Shown here: positions 12,763 through 24,945 of the stretch, piece by piece
Numbering within the stretch: position 1 is the first letter of the stretch
Layout of the letters: each line of letters starts with the position of its first letter
Source: Chiloscyllium plagiosum
Taxonomy: Eukaryota
Direction of reading: 5' to 3'
Assembly (NCBI RefSeq): GCF_004010195.1
Contig: NC_057718.1
Location: forward strand, 56,747,872-56,801,459
Length of the DNA stretch: 53,588 nt
Notes under the pieces: model-generated
The model's input: only the letters and a program-made list of their open reading frames with translations
Told to the model about the DNA's origin: nothing
Databases searched by the model: none
Program-made: the position numbers and the translations under genes

Positions 12763-15700
12763 TTTTTCTTATTACCCCCACACTACCGCATCACTGCGGT
12801 AGTGCTTATTTTTTCCCCAACACCCATGTTGTGTGTGTGCAGGTATGACACACAGTGAAAGACACAAGGTGCACAAATCTTTATTCAAATTTCCACCATC
12901 AGGAAGAAACGAAACACCCAAGTGGCCTGTGACAAGCAGTACCCTTCACATCAAAGGGCAATGCTGTGTGATCAAACAGAGAAGGGGAGGGCAAGGAATA
13001 AATCAAAATAGAGTTGGAGAGGGAAATTTTACACTCCACTCCCTGCGGCGCCCACCTCTCCCTGAACAACTCCAGGATGTTGGTGGATACCGCATGCTCC
13101 TTTTACAGAGACACCCGGGCTCTAATGTAACCGCAGAAGAGGGGCAGGCAGTCGGCCTTAACGACCCCCTCCACGGCCCGCTGCCCAGGAGCAGACCCAC
13201 AAGGTCTTCAGACCTGCCCTCCCCCTCCGTACTGGGTGCCCAAAGATCAGGAGCGTGCGACTGAAGTGCAACCAAAAGCAGAGGAGGAGGTTTTTGAGAA
13301 AATCAAAAAGGGAGTGCAAACGCCCACACCCAATATATACATGGTCCACAGCACCACAGAACAAGCAGTTGGGTTGGGAGTCCATGACCCACCGCAATCT
13401 GCGATTGCAGGGGACCGCTGCGTGCAGCACCCTCCACCCCAGATCCCCAAGAGAAAGGGGGAGGACTCCGTGTAGAGAGCCCTCCACTGGGGATCCCCAC
13501 AGCCCAGTGGCAAATGGGCACGCCAAGGCGTGTCCGGACGGTGGAGGTGGATGGTGTGCAGCAGCAGTCGATACAGAGCCCGCCTTCTTACTTCCTTAAA
13601 AGGGACAAATCTAAAATTCCGGAGGCGGCTCAGGTTGTGGGGCACAGGCTCCCGCGGGAAGTACGGGACCTTGGGGCCAATGTGAAATTCCATCTGGGGA
13701 GGGGTAAGCGCAGACAGGATTCCACCACACCACCAATGGGCGGCACGGTGACACAGTGGTTAGCAGTGCTGCCTCACAGCGCCAGAGACCCGGGTTCAAT
13801 TCCCGCCTCAGGCGGCTGTCTGTGTGGAGTTTGCACATTCTCCCAGTGTCTGCGTGGGTTTCCTCCGGGTACTCTGGTTTCCTCCCACAGTCCAAAAATG
13901 TGCAGGTTAGGTGAATTGGCCTTGCTAAATTGCTCGTAGTCTTAGGTGAAGGGGTAAATGTAGGGGAATGGGTCTGGGTGGGTTGCGGGTCGGTGTGGAC
14001 TTGTTGGGCATAAGGTCCTGTTTCCACACTGTTAGTAATCTAATCTAAACCTGAGCATCCTCCAACAGGTGTACTACGTCGGGTCCGAGAACCACCGTTT
14101 TAAGGTGTCGGATAGCGAGCAGGGCAGGGGTAGACATCCGGTACGTGGCCACCGCCATGTCCTGCGGCAGCGACCAGCCCAGGCCCCCACCACCCAGCTT
14201 GTCCCCGATCCTGGTCACCCTCGCCGCCACAGCCCTCCCCTCCGACAGCCACCCGAACCCGCGAGGACGGAGGTGCAGATTCCTGGGCAACGGCTCCCTG
14301 ACAATGCCACTTCTGCCGGAGGGTAGGCGCAACGCGATTTGACCATGTTCCAGACAGTGATCAGGTCCTGGTAAAAGACAGGCAGCGTCTTGAGGGTGAC
14401 CTCAAACCGTCACGGTCAACAAACAGGAGCTGCGTGTCGTAGTTGAGGTTACGCACCTGGCGGAAAAAATACGTCACCAGGGCGCACCACCTAGGAGGAG
14501 GCTCGACACAAAGGGATCACTGCAAGGTCTGAAGGTGGAACGTTGCGACCTGGGTGCGGACGCACACCAGCGACTGACCGCCCTCCTCAATAGGGAGACT
14601 CAGAACCTGCACAGTGACCCAGTGCATCTTTTTATCCAAGAAGTCGACCAACATTCTCTGGATGTCAGCGACAAAGCCAAGAGGAGGGACCAAAGTGACC
14701 AGCCGGTACCACAGCATGGCGGCCACCAGCTGGTTTATGAGCAGCACTTGACTCCTGTAAGATAGCACTCGGAACAGTCCTGTCCAGCAGCCTAGGCGAG
14801 CCAAGACTTTGGCTTCCAGCTCCTGCCAGTTCGCCGGCCAGGATTCCTCAGCCGGGCCGAGGTAGACCCCCAGGTAGAGGAGATGGGTGGTACTCCAGCT
14901 GAACCCCAGTAACTCCTCCGGCAGACAGTCCACCCGCCACGGACCGACCAGTAGTCCGGAACATTTGGCCCAGTTGACCCTGGCAAAAGACGCTGCAGAG
15001 TACACGGCCTGGCACTTGTGCATCCTCCCCAGGTCAGCCGGGTCGGTGAAAGTAAGGAGCACATCATCGGCGTAGGCAGAGAGGACCATCCCCGTGCCCG
15101 TGCCACACAGAACCAGCCCCAATAACCTCCTCCGTAAGAGGCGCAGAAAAGGCTCCACGCACAGGGAATACAGCTGGCCGGACGGTGGACAGCTTTGACG
15201 TACCCCTCTCCCAAAGCGAAGGGGCGCTGTCAGGGACCCGTTAACTTTAATCAGACACTCTGCGGCAGCGTACAAAAGTCGGATCCGGGTGATGAACTGC
15301 GTCCCGAACCCAGATGCCCGAGCAGGTACTCATGATCGACCCTGTCGAATGTCTTCTCCTGGTTGAGAGACAGGAAGGCACTCGGCAGACCAGCCCGTTG
15401 ACAGAAATGGATCAGGTCCCGGACCAGGTGGCTGTTGTCGTGTATCCTCTGACCCGGGACTGTATAGGACTGGTCCAGGTGAATCATGTGGGCCAGCATG
15501 GAAGCCAGGCGAGAAGACAACACCCTGGCGAAGATTTTGTAATCCGTGCTGAGGAGGGAGACCGGACGCCAGTTCTTTAAGGAACGAAGGTCCCCCTTCT
15601 TTGGCAGCAGGACGATGACCGCCCTGCGCCAAGAAAGGGGCAGCAGTCCGACATTTAGACACTCCCCCAGGACCTGTGCGTAGTCGATCTCTAGGACGTC

Positions 15701-15779
15701 CCAGAACGCCCTGAAGAACTCCTCAGTCAGCCCGGGGACTTGCCCCTCGAGAGCCAGTCAAGGGCACTGGTCAGCTCTG
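12763..15779 (-). mobile_element. Tx1-clade (L1 superfamily) non-LTR retrotransposon, 5'-truncated, with frameshifts
   Basis: RT motifs KNWRPVSLLSTDY, LSLNQEKTFDRVDHEYL, GRGVRQSCPPSGQLYSLCVEPFL, VLSAYADDVLL, close to Xenopus Tx1 ORF2. C-terminal CCHC knuckle CLFCGAVDHVYIGC. 3' UTR with AATAAA, a hairpin and an A-rich tail. High GC relative to flanks. Confidence 0.9.
13739..14049 (+). mobile_element. Full-length HE1-type V-SINE nested in the Tx1 element
   Basis: tRNA head GGCGGCACGGTGACACAGTGGTTAGC...GGGTTCAATTCCC, V-domain, and CR1-like tail CCTGTTTCCACACTG...TAATCTAATCTAAA. Interrupts Tx1 ORF2. Confidence 0.9.
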
Positions 15780-15791
15780 ACATTCCTTTTC

Positions 15792-16278
15792 TTTTTTTTT
15801 CTGTTTAAACAACAAATTTATTTTCAGAAGTTTAGACAGCAGGTTCTACATAATGATATCATATGATTTGTTGCAACCGTGTATGGTAAACTGCTTCATT
15901 TATTAAACATGCCATATAGAATCTGAATAAATAATGCTACAAAGCCCAAGCTATGTACAAATATCTTGGGCAAAGTTATGTTTACAAACTTATATACAGT
16001 AAAATAAACAAACCAGCCAATGTAATTGTCCAAATTATGCAACAAAACAAAATGTCACAAGTGATCGAGTTGATGCATAGAAACAAAAATCAATGCTGTA
16101 AATAGTTCAAAAGTTTGTTTATACAACTTCAGTATCTTTTTTTAAAAAACAAATCAATTTACACTTAATGCTTAAATATATCTTCATAAAATTTGACTTT
16201 AGAAAACAAGCAAAAATTGTACAGTTTGAGATAAAAATTACAGGAATTGGTGTTTTAAAATATCACCAAATCCAGACA
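15792..16278 (-). pseudogene. Putative retrocopied mRNA 3'-UTR fragment with poly(A)
   Basis: AT-rich and non-coding. Minus-strand AATAAA (15817-15822) lies 16 nt before an A9 tail (15792-15800). Flanked by copies of the LTR target motif at 15780-15793 and 16279-16292. Parent gene not identified. Confidence 0.55.
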
Positions 16279-16394
16279 ACATTCCTGCTCTTATCTGTCA
16301 GCCAGGACTCCCTGATTGGACCAGACTAACAGCTCTAATCAGGGAACTCATATCCTATGAGGCCCACCTGGCTGACCTCGTTACAATCACTACA
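16279..16394 (-). repeat. Proximal half of the Gypsy 3' LTR
   Basis: Starts TGTAGTGATTG on the minus strand immediately after a polypurine tract GGGGGGGAGGGA (16395-16406). Contains CCAAT and the imperfect inverted repeat TCCCTGATT...AATCAGGGA. Confidence 0.8.
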
Positions 16395-18137
16395 TCCCTC
16401 CCCCCCAAGTCAGAGAACATAGGCTGTTTTTTTTTTGTAGCTCTTTCTGGTACATTTTATCACTGAGTCAGCTGCCTCCAACTCTGCTCCAGGCTATGTG
16501 TAACACAGGTAGCTTGCCTCTTGCGCCTGGAGTGTCTCAGAAGAAATTCTTGCTCCTCTTCAGGTAGCAGAGATGTTGAGGCAGTGACATCTGCCGTGTC
16601 CATTTTAAATTCAGAGGTATCTTCAAAGCTGGTCAGAAACGGAGAACCCATGGATTCGCGAACAGTCGGAAAGACTGTCGAGGAGTTGGTCACGTTTTGC
16701 TCCTGCTCGGTTTGTGAGTTTGCAGCATTCATTTGGTCCACGTGCCTGTTCAGGATCATCTCACTAACTGAATGTTATACGTCACTGGACCTGACCTCAC
16801 ATCAACCATGTAGGGACATTCCCATGGCTCCAACAAGAAACTTTGTCTCCTGAAGTAAACAGTCTCTCTTGCTTACTGAAGTCACTTCTGACATTGTATT
16901 CCTGATGCTGTTTCACCCTTCCCCCTCCAGGTCCAAGATGATCAGATTTAACCTGGTGCAGAGTCTTCTTCCCATTAGCAACTCTGCTGGAGAAATCCCT
17001 TTACATGTGTGAGAGGTTGCCCTGTAAACAAATAGGAACCAGGACAATTTGGTGTCTCGTGAAGCTGCATGTGGTTTCTTTAAGCCTGCCTTCAAAGTTT
17101 GGACTGTTGGATGATATGGAGCTGTCCCTGTATGACGGATACCATTGGACTCTACGAAAAACTCAAATTTCCTGCTGATAAATGACAGTCCGTTATCTGT
17201 GACCAATACTTCTGAGAGTCTGTGTATTGCGAAAAATGCATACAGTTTTACAATCATCATCCCCATGTTTGACAACTGACCTCTCTGCATATCCAAACAA
17301 TTTGAGTGGGCATCCACAATGACTAAGAACATTGAGCCCATGAAAGGACCTGCATAGTTGATGTGCAACTGAGTCCAGGGTTTACCTGGTCATTCCCATG
17401 AATGTAGGGGAGCTGCTGATGCTAGTTTTTGTCCTAGTTGGTTCTGTACTCTAGGCAGCGACTCACCAACACAGTTATGTCTGTATTCAATCTTGATCAT
17501 AAGACATAACTCCTCAACATCTTCATTTTGGAAACCCTAGTAGGGTTCAGCCAGTATCTGGTTATGACTTTTACTTGAGACAATCACTTTTGCTCCCCAT
17601 AACAATATGCTGTCCTCTATTAGTCTCGTAGATTCAAAAAGGTTTCAATTCTGGTTGTGATGGCCCTTTGGATTCTCCGTTCATCGTCAGTTGTTTCAGT
17701 TTTACAGAGGCCAAATCTTTCTGCGTCTAAAGTCTGATATTGTCAGTTGTAATTGGAAGCGTGTCCTGAAAATTTAAAACCATTACTATCTCTTCCAGAG
17801 GCGGTACCACAGTGGTGTATCAGTCAGCGGAAGACAGCTCAATGTACCTGCATGTGTTATTTGGCCTCCGGATGGTGTTCCAACTTGTAATTAAATGCAG
17901 TATTAGAGCCCACTGCTGAATTCAGCCTGAAGCTATGGGCAGCACTGTTTTGTCCTATAAGTACACCGAGCAGAGTTCTGTGGTCCGTTATTACTACAAA
18001 TTTGTGTCCGTAAAGGTATCAGTGGAACTTCCTGACTCCAAATATGATTGCCAAACCTTCTTTTCTGTCTGGGCTTATTTATGCTCTGCATCAGCCAAAG
18101 TCCTGGATGCATACGCTACTGGATGTTCCTCTCCATT

Positions 18138-18318
18138 ATCAAATAGTGTGTCACTGGAAAAGCACAGCAGGTCAGGCAGCATCCAAGTAGAAGGAATTCC
18201 TGATGAAGGGCTTATGCCTGAAATGTCAACTCTCCTGCTCCTCAGATGCTGCCTGACCTGCTGTGCTTTTCCAGCGCCACACTTTTCGACTCTGATCTCC
18301 AGCCCTCGCTTCCTCTTA
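18138..18318 (+). mobile_element. Penelope-like terminal-repeat insertion with partial fold-back, inside the Gypsy
   Basis: 13-bp TSD GTTCCTCTCCATT (18125-18137 / 18319-18331), inverted arms, and degenerate hammerhead CTGATGAAGGGCTTATGCCTGAAATGTC from 18200. Confidence 0.75.
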
Positions 18319-19683
18319 GTTCCTCTCCATTGGGCTACCTATGAGCTAATATATCCCTCAGCCGTACAGCGAGGCAATGCTGGTCAATACCAGAATTCAT
18401 GAGAGATTATAATGTGCCGACACCTTAGAGGATGATAGCTGTTTTTTCATTTCCCTAAAAGCTATGGCTTGGCTATATGACTATTTCCAAGGCTGACCCT
18501 TTTTAAAGAATTGGCACAAAGTGCCAGGGTGGAGGCCAGGTTGTGTATAAACTGTCCATATTAATTCTCCGGCCCAAGGAAAGACCTAGGTTCCATTATA
18601 GACTCCGGAGTTAGGGCACCTTTAATTGCTTTTACTATCTTCAACGCATGTAAATCGGTCTTGTCGACTCTATAGCCTAAGCAGGTCACTTGGGAGTGCC
18701 TGGGCACACATTTTCCCCCTTCTAAGGTGCATACCTGCCTTGGAGAAGCATTTCAGGACTATGTCCAAGCTCTAAGTGCTCCTTATTGGTCTTCCTTGCT
18801 ATTAGTACATCTAGATAAATGGCAACCTGAAGCATGTCTTATAAAATGTTCTCCATCATCTGCTGAAAAATTGCACAAGCTGACAATCCCCAAAATGGCC
18901 CTTAAAGATATTAATTGTAGCATATTTCTGAAAATCCTCATTTAACTGGAACTGCATGTATAGATGGTTCATGTCCAGCTTCGTGAAAGGCAGCCATCCT
19001 AAAAACTTTGCATATAAATCCTCTATATGAGAGAACTGGGTATTTATCCAGCTGTGGAAAGCAGTTTACCATTTGTTTAAAATCCCCACAAAGGCCAACC
19101 AACCTGTTGGGCTTCACAATCAGCAAACTGGACAGGGTTTGATGATTCCTTCAGTTTCTAGCCTTCTGATTTCTGCCTCTATTTTTGCCCATAAGGCAAA
19201 TGGCACCAGGTGGGCATCACAGAATTGGGGAATTACTTTCTGGTCATCATGCAAGGTGGCGCTGCCTCCTTTGATAGTCTCTAGACCTTTCTGAAAAATT
19301 TTTGGATATTTAATTTGGGTTTCACTGAGGCAGCTATTTTCTAATCGAAGAATGTTGAGCCAATCTAGGTGAATTTTTCTCAATCAAATTTGCCCCATTA
19401 AGCTGGGGTCAAGCCTTTCACTCCAATCAGTGGTATTGAAAGAAATGTTTTTCAACAAGAGACCAGAACCGAAGTCATACCCTTAATCTGTAAAGGTTTT
19501 CTAGTTTAGGGTCTCAGTCTAGCAGAGGTCTTGTTTAAACTTAACAGTTGGAGTCCATAGCGAATTTTGTCAAAGACTGGTTCTGCGATCACTGAAATGG
19601 CCACAGTAGTACTGACCGCCGTTAGAACCTGGTGACCATTTCACCAGATGTTTATTTTGATTGCTTAGCAACATCCAAACAAG

Positions 19684-19821
19684 TAGGAGAAAGTGAGGGC
19701 TGCAGATGCTGGAGATCAGAGCTGAAAATGTGTTGCTGGAAAAGCGCAGGTCAGGCAGCATCCAAGGAACAGGAGAATCGACATTTCGGGCATAAGCCTT
19801 TTCCAGCAACACATTTTCAGC
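19684..19821 (-). mobile_element. Penelope-like terminal-repeat insertion with short fold-back, inside the Gypsy
   Basis: 15-bp TSD CAACATCCAAA(C/T)AAG (19669-19683 / 19822-19836). GCTGAAAATGTGTTGCTGGAAAAG is inverted at the right end. Confidence 0.75.
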
Positions 19822-20920
19822 CAACATCCAAATAAGAACCAATTTTACAGTTCCAAACCATATGTAGGTGAATTTTCCAGGTTATGCACTCGCCTGGATA
19901 CCCTCTGGTATCCAGGAGAGTGCATACGTTCACTTACCTAACTGAGATCTAGTTCGACTCTTTTGCTGTCTCGAGTCTGCATACTGGCAGCAAATACAAT
20001 GGCTTGCCAGACCAGATCTTGAAGAAACTTATAACCGTTTGGCCGAGGTTTGGCTTTGTTTTTGGATTTTGTTGTGGGCTGACCGAGAGTCTCTCTGTTC
20101 AGGCTATGTCCTGAGTGAGGCTATGCAATTGCCTTCACTCAAGTGGTATTCCCAAGCTCAGTTGGACTGGTGAGGGTATTCACTTCTATTGGAATACCCT
20201 GCAACTTATATTTTTCATTTGCTGTATTTTCCAATAATAACGCCAGTTATAGTACCTGTTTGAAGTCCAGTTGAACTTCAGCTAATAGGCATTTTTGCAT
20301 GGTTATCTCAATAATCTCAAATACCAAACAGACTCTCAGCATATCAGGATTAAACTGAGGTCACAAGCCTCTTTCAAAATAAGAGTAGCATCTGATACTG
20401 CATTGAGGAGAGAGTTTCACACGTTACCACCAGTTTGTCTGTTTTCAATGGGAGGGCAGTGAATTGCTCTAGTGGGTAAAGAAATGTGGTAAGCCATGAG
20501 CTGAAGGGTAAATTTGGGGAGATTTACAATCAAGTGAAAAGGTTGGATAGGAACTTGGAGATCCTGAAAGCTGATGGGATTTATGAGGACAACAACGTTA
20601 AATTGAAGATGGAGACTGGGAAGGTAAACTTGACAATTAGGTTAAGCCTATAACTCTCTCTCAATAGTACAAATCAGGCAGCATGCCAGCTTTGACCAAA
20701 TGCACAATAAAGAAGGAAAAATGGCTTTAAACATGTAAATTGTGGGTGAATTAAACTTTTTTGTCCCCTTCTATGAGGGTAGGGTGAACATGTTTGCAAT
20801 GTGAAGCCCTGCTAGGGCAATTCAGGCATCCACAGATTCAATGGCACTACATACCTTGCATCAAAGTGCAATTCATGTACAATTGACAAGCATCAAACAT
20901 TACAAATCTTGGTTTCAAGT

Positions 20921-21205
20921 AATTAGATTAGATTAGATTACTTACAGTGTGGAAACAGGTCTTTCAGCCCAAGCAGTCCACATCGACTCTCCGAAGAGTA
21001 ACCCTCCCAGACCCATTTCCCTCTAATGCACCTAACCTGCACATCTTTGGACTGTGGGAGGAAATTGGAGCTCCCAGAGGAAACCCACACAGACACAGGG
21101 AGTATGTGCAAACTCCACACAGGCAGTCACCCGAGGCTGGAATCGAACCTGGGACCCTGTTGTTGTGAGGCAGCAGTGCTAACCACTGAGCCACCGTGCC
21201 ACCCC
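20921..21205 (-). mobile_element. HE1-type V-SINE
   Basis: Reverse complement of the 13.7 kb SINE, with an (ATTAG)n tail at the left end. Confidence 0.88.
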
Positions 21206-22657
21206 TAATCATGATCATTCCATGGTTTATAATAAATAAATTCTTATAACCTCTGTAAAGTTGATTTAATCACATGAAAACTTAAGCGTCACCTGTGTTT
21301 GCTAACTCAAACACATTCCATAATTATCACTGCTGTAGAATGCCTCGGAGCTACTACCTTTAAATTCAGAACTGTAGGCTTGTAAAAACATTATCTGTTA
21401 TAATGAATTTCTTGGGTGATCCCCACTCTTACCCAACATAATGAGATGTAATCCAGCTACACTTAGAATCTGTCAATATTGCTCAAGTCATTTTTCCAAA
21501 CAAAATACACCTGAATTTGGCAAAATAACTCTTGAAATTCATGCAGAGGCATGGCATTTCCCTCTTTGTGGTTGGTCTCCATGTCATAGAGTATCAGGAC
21601 CCAAGATAAAGCTTAGGAATTAAGTCACAGAAAAATGATTCTGATTCTGATATTCCCAAATTAGTATCAGGGTGCATATATCAAAATGGGTGCAGCAAGG
21701 GCAAGTGCTGTCTTCACCACTGCAGCCCCACACAGACTGCACAGGAGGTGGTAGCATGTTACTTATAAGGGCAGTGGACTCCTCCAATCTTCAATCCAGT
21801 TTATTCAGTATTTCTGATGTACCTGCCTCATGTTCCTGTGCCTGTCTGTGCATTTGCATCAAGTTATTAATGGACAACATCTTGGGATCATCATGCCTGA
21901 ACATGGCAGTCCTCTGCATGCAAATGACATGTGGAGTTCCTTCTTATTCAGTTTTACAGTTGTGTCAATTATGTAGTCACCAGATTGTTCCTCAGAGTCT
22001 AATCAAAATAGGTATCCACTGATGTGAAAGTCTCTAAGATGGTGGAGGATGTAAGTGAAAGCCTTGCCAGTGCATGCTTTGAGGGTTCAGTGACTTCTTC
22101 CTCAGGTGGAGGAGGAGCTGACGGGCTCAAGTGGTGCCCTCTTTGGAACAGAGGGCCTATGCATGCCACATAAGAGGGGTTGTTAGTTGTGCAATAGGGG
22201 TAGAAGCTTTTGCAACTTAAGAATCAGTTAACACTTGTAAGGGGAAAGCTGTGCAGCACAGCTTTGTGAAGCTTACTAATTTAGCTAAACCGTGTTAATT
22301 TTCCCAGCTAAATCCAGGATTTTCTCCTCATAGGGAGTGAGAGGGCAGATATCATCTACCCACCCAGCCACCCACCTTCAGCCTGTTCTTGCACTTCTGG
22401 CCTGATTGTGTGACTGTTTCTCTTGTAATGAGACAAAAGGAGGAGTTGAGTGAGAGCTGTAGACCATTAGCCTTAGTAATATTACTGTAAAGTGGGCAAA
22501 ATTACAATGAGTGTAAGGCAGTTGACAAAAGATGGTGGCACTTACTCACATAGAGTGCACAAGATCACTGACCTCCTCCTTCACTGTTGGATGCTTGGTT
22601 TGTTTGAAAAATGCCTCAGGCTGTTATCGGAGCACAAGTTGGCTAGGTTTGGTGGTG

Positions 22658-22761
22658 GCTATTCCTGATGAAGGGCTTTTGCCCAATACGTCGATTTTCC
22701 TGCTCCTCGGATGCTGCCTGACCTGCTGTGCTTTTCCAGCACCACTCTAATCTAAACCCTG
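22658..22761 (+). mobile_element. Penelope-like terminal-repeat fragment
   Basis: 12-bp TSD GGTTTGGTGGTG (22646-22657 / 22762-22773). CTGATGAAGGGCTTTTGCCC followed by a mutated GAAA. Confidence 0.75.
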
Positions 22762-22861
22762 GGTTTGGTGGTGTAACCACCATTAGTCGGCTGCAAGACA
22801 AAACATTGTGCTCTGCTCCACCATCCATTCACCAATACCTCAAAGCCCATGTCCTAAAAGC

Positions 22862-22991
22862 TTTGACAAAGGGTCAGTTAGACTCAAAATATCACCTCTT
22901 TTCTCTCCTTACAGATGCTGCCTGACCTGCTGAGATTTCCCAGCATTTTCTCTTTTGGTTTCAGATTCCAGCATCCGCAGTAATTTGCTTT
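22862..22991 (+). mobile_element. Penelope-like terminal-repeat fragment (related subfamily)
   Basis: 12-bp TSD TGTCCTAAAAGC (22850-22861 / 22992-23003). Shares GATGCTGCCTGACCTGCTG...CCAGCATC with the other copies. Confidence 0.7.
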
Positions 22992-23262
22992 TGTCCTAAA
23001 AGCATGCTACTAAGCATACCTTCTGGGTCACGTTCTTAGTGATAACAGCCAGACATGACAGTGTAATGGGCAGTTTCGAAAGTATCATAGAGCTATGGTT
23101 GAATATGGTGCCAGCAATGTAAATGTCACAAAGTCCCGACAACAGCTAGCTCTGCCAAACCTGCTGAATAACTGCATGAGTTGACTGAACTGGACAAATG
23201 CATAACTAATAAGCAGATGACTGCGTGAAAAGTTGAAGGCATGGCAGACTATGCTCTATGAA

Positions 23263-23656
23263 TCTTTCTTTTCCCTGGAGCATCGGAGGCTGAGGGGTGA
23301 CCTTATAGAGGTTTACAAAATTATGAGGGGTCTGGATAGGATAAATAGCCAAAGTCTTTTCCCTGGAATCGGGGAGTCCAGAACTAGAGGGCATAGGTTT
23401 AGGGTGAGAGGGGAAAGATATAAAGGACAACCTTTTCACGCAGAGAGTGGTACGTGTATGGAATGACCTGCCCGAGGATGTGGTGAAGGCTGGTACAATT
23501 GCAACATTTAAGAGGCATTCAGATGGGTATATGAATAGGAAGAGTTTGGCGGGATATTGGCCGGGTGCTGGCAGGTGGGACTAGATTGAGTTGCGATATC
23601 TGATCAGGTTGGACCGAAGGGTCTGTTTTCATACTGTCCATCTCTATGACTCTATA
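23263..23656 (+). mobile_element. CR1 (HER1-like) LINE 3' end
   Basis: FSLEHRRLRGDLIEVYKIMRGLDR...SRTRGHRFRV, ending CTCTATGACTCTAT. Confidence 0.88.
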
Positions 23657-23932
23657 CCAATTTGCTAGAAAAAAAAGGGAAGATTCAGCCACAATTTCCA
23701 ATCCAGCTTCTGAACTATTTAAACAAAAGCAGAAATAGCTGGAGAAACTCAGTAGGTATGGCATTTGTAGACAGAGAGAAACAGTGTCCTTTCTTTAGAA
23801 CGCTGAATTACTTGTCAAGTGAAATTACCAACAGGCTACCATCTCCCTGCAACAAGCACATGATAATGGACATGTTTTAAAAATAACGCTAACTGATGAA
23901 ATATAAATTCAACCACATTTTAAAAAAATGCT

Positions 23933-24246
23933 TAATTAGATTCGATTACTTACAGTGTGAAAACAGGCCCTTTGGCCCAACAAGTCCACACCTACCCTCC
24001 GAAGTGCAACCCACTCAGACCCATTCCCCTACATTTACCCCTTCACCTAACACTACGGGCAATTTAGCATGGCCAATTCACCTAACCTGCACATCTTTGG
24101 ATTGGGGGAGGAAACCGCAGCACCCGGAGGAAACCCACACAGACACGGGGAGAACGTGCAAACTCCACACAGACAGTCGCCTGAGGCTGGAATCGAACGA
24201 GTGACCCTGGTCCTGTGAGGCAGCAGTGCTAACCACTGAGCCACCA
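23933..24246 (-). mobile_element. HE1-type V-SINE
   Basis: Reverse complement of the HE1 consensus seen at 13.7 kb. Confidence 0.88.
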
Positions 24247-24593
24247 TATAATCCTTCAACAAGGACTATTTAGATAAATAAGCAATTTAATGATAGAGAT
24301 TACAAGAATGTCGAGATTTGCCACATACTTAAATCATGTTATACTACATAGTTAGATACTAATAATACTAATTATAGAATCCCTACAGTGTGGAAGCTGG
24401 CCATTTGGCTTTTCAAGTCCACACCAACCCTTCGAAAAGCATCCCACCCAGACCCACCCTTATATCCCAGCATTTATCACAGTGTGAAAAAAAGTCACCA
24501 AAACTCTACGTTCTCAACCATTATAACTGTGCCACTTTATGTTGAGTTAAAATTTAGGAGAATCTTGGACAAAGCTGCTATTTCCAATTCAAC

Positions 24594-24945
24594 CATAGAA
24601 TCACAGAATCCCTAGTGTGGAGGCAGGCCATTCGGTCCACATCCAACTCTACGAAAAGCTTCCCATCCAGATCCAGACCCCTTACCCTATCCATATAACC
24701 CTGTATTTCCCAGGGCTAACCCATCTAGTCAGCACATTTCTGGACACTAAGGGCAATTTTGCATTGCCAATGCACCTAACCTGCACAACTTTGGACTATG
24801 GGAGGAAAACTGAACACCTGGAGAATACCCCGCAGACACAAGGAGAATGTGCAAACTCGACAGACAGTCGTTAAGAATGCAATTGAACCAGGGTCCCTGG
24901 CACTGTGAGGCAGCAGTGCTAACCATTCAGCCATTGTGCCACCCC
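24594..24945 (-). mobile_element. HE1-related V-SINE (older subfamily); a tail-only fragment lies at about 24375-24465
   Basis: GCACCTAACCTGCAC...GGGAGGAAA...GAATGTGCAAACT...GCAGCAGTGCTAACCA. Confidence 0.8.

Larger units (their letters stand above)
16395..20370 (-). mobile_element. Decayed Ty3/Gypsy internal region (gag-PR-RT-RH-IN order, K02A2.6-like)
   Basis: Integrase HINYAGPFMGSMFLVIVDAHS...VTDNG...TAPYHP (16913-17368); post-IN tail RHVDQM...LLRHSRRKR; RT PFALWAKIEAEIRRLETEGIIKP and LCGDFKQMVN...DKYP (18.9-19.4 kb). Many stops; no 5' LTR found. Confidence 0.88.

Noticed and set aside
13739..13812. tRNA-like sequence with A and B boxes (also at 1805, 21130-21205, 24180-24246, 36520)
   Set aside because: These are SINE heads followed by the V-domain and a LINE-derived tail, not tRNA genes.
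12833..15662. Many overlapping GC-rich ORFs on both strands
   Set aside because: They are alternative frames or the antisense of the frameshifted Tx1 ORF2; no independent gene is supported.
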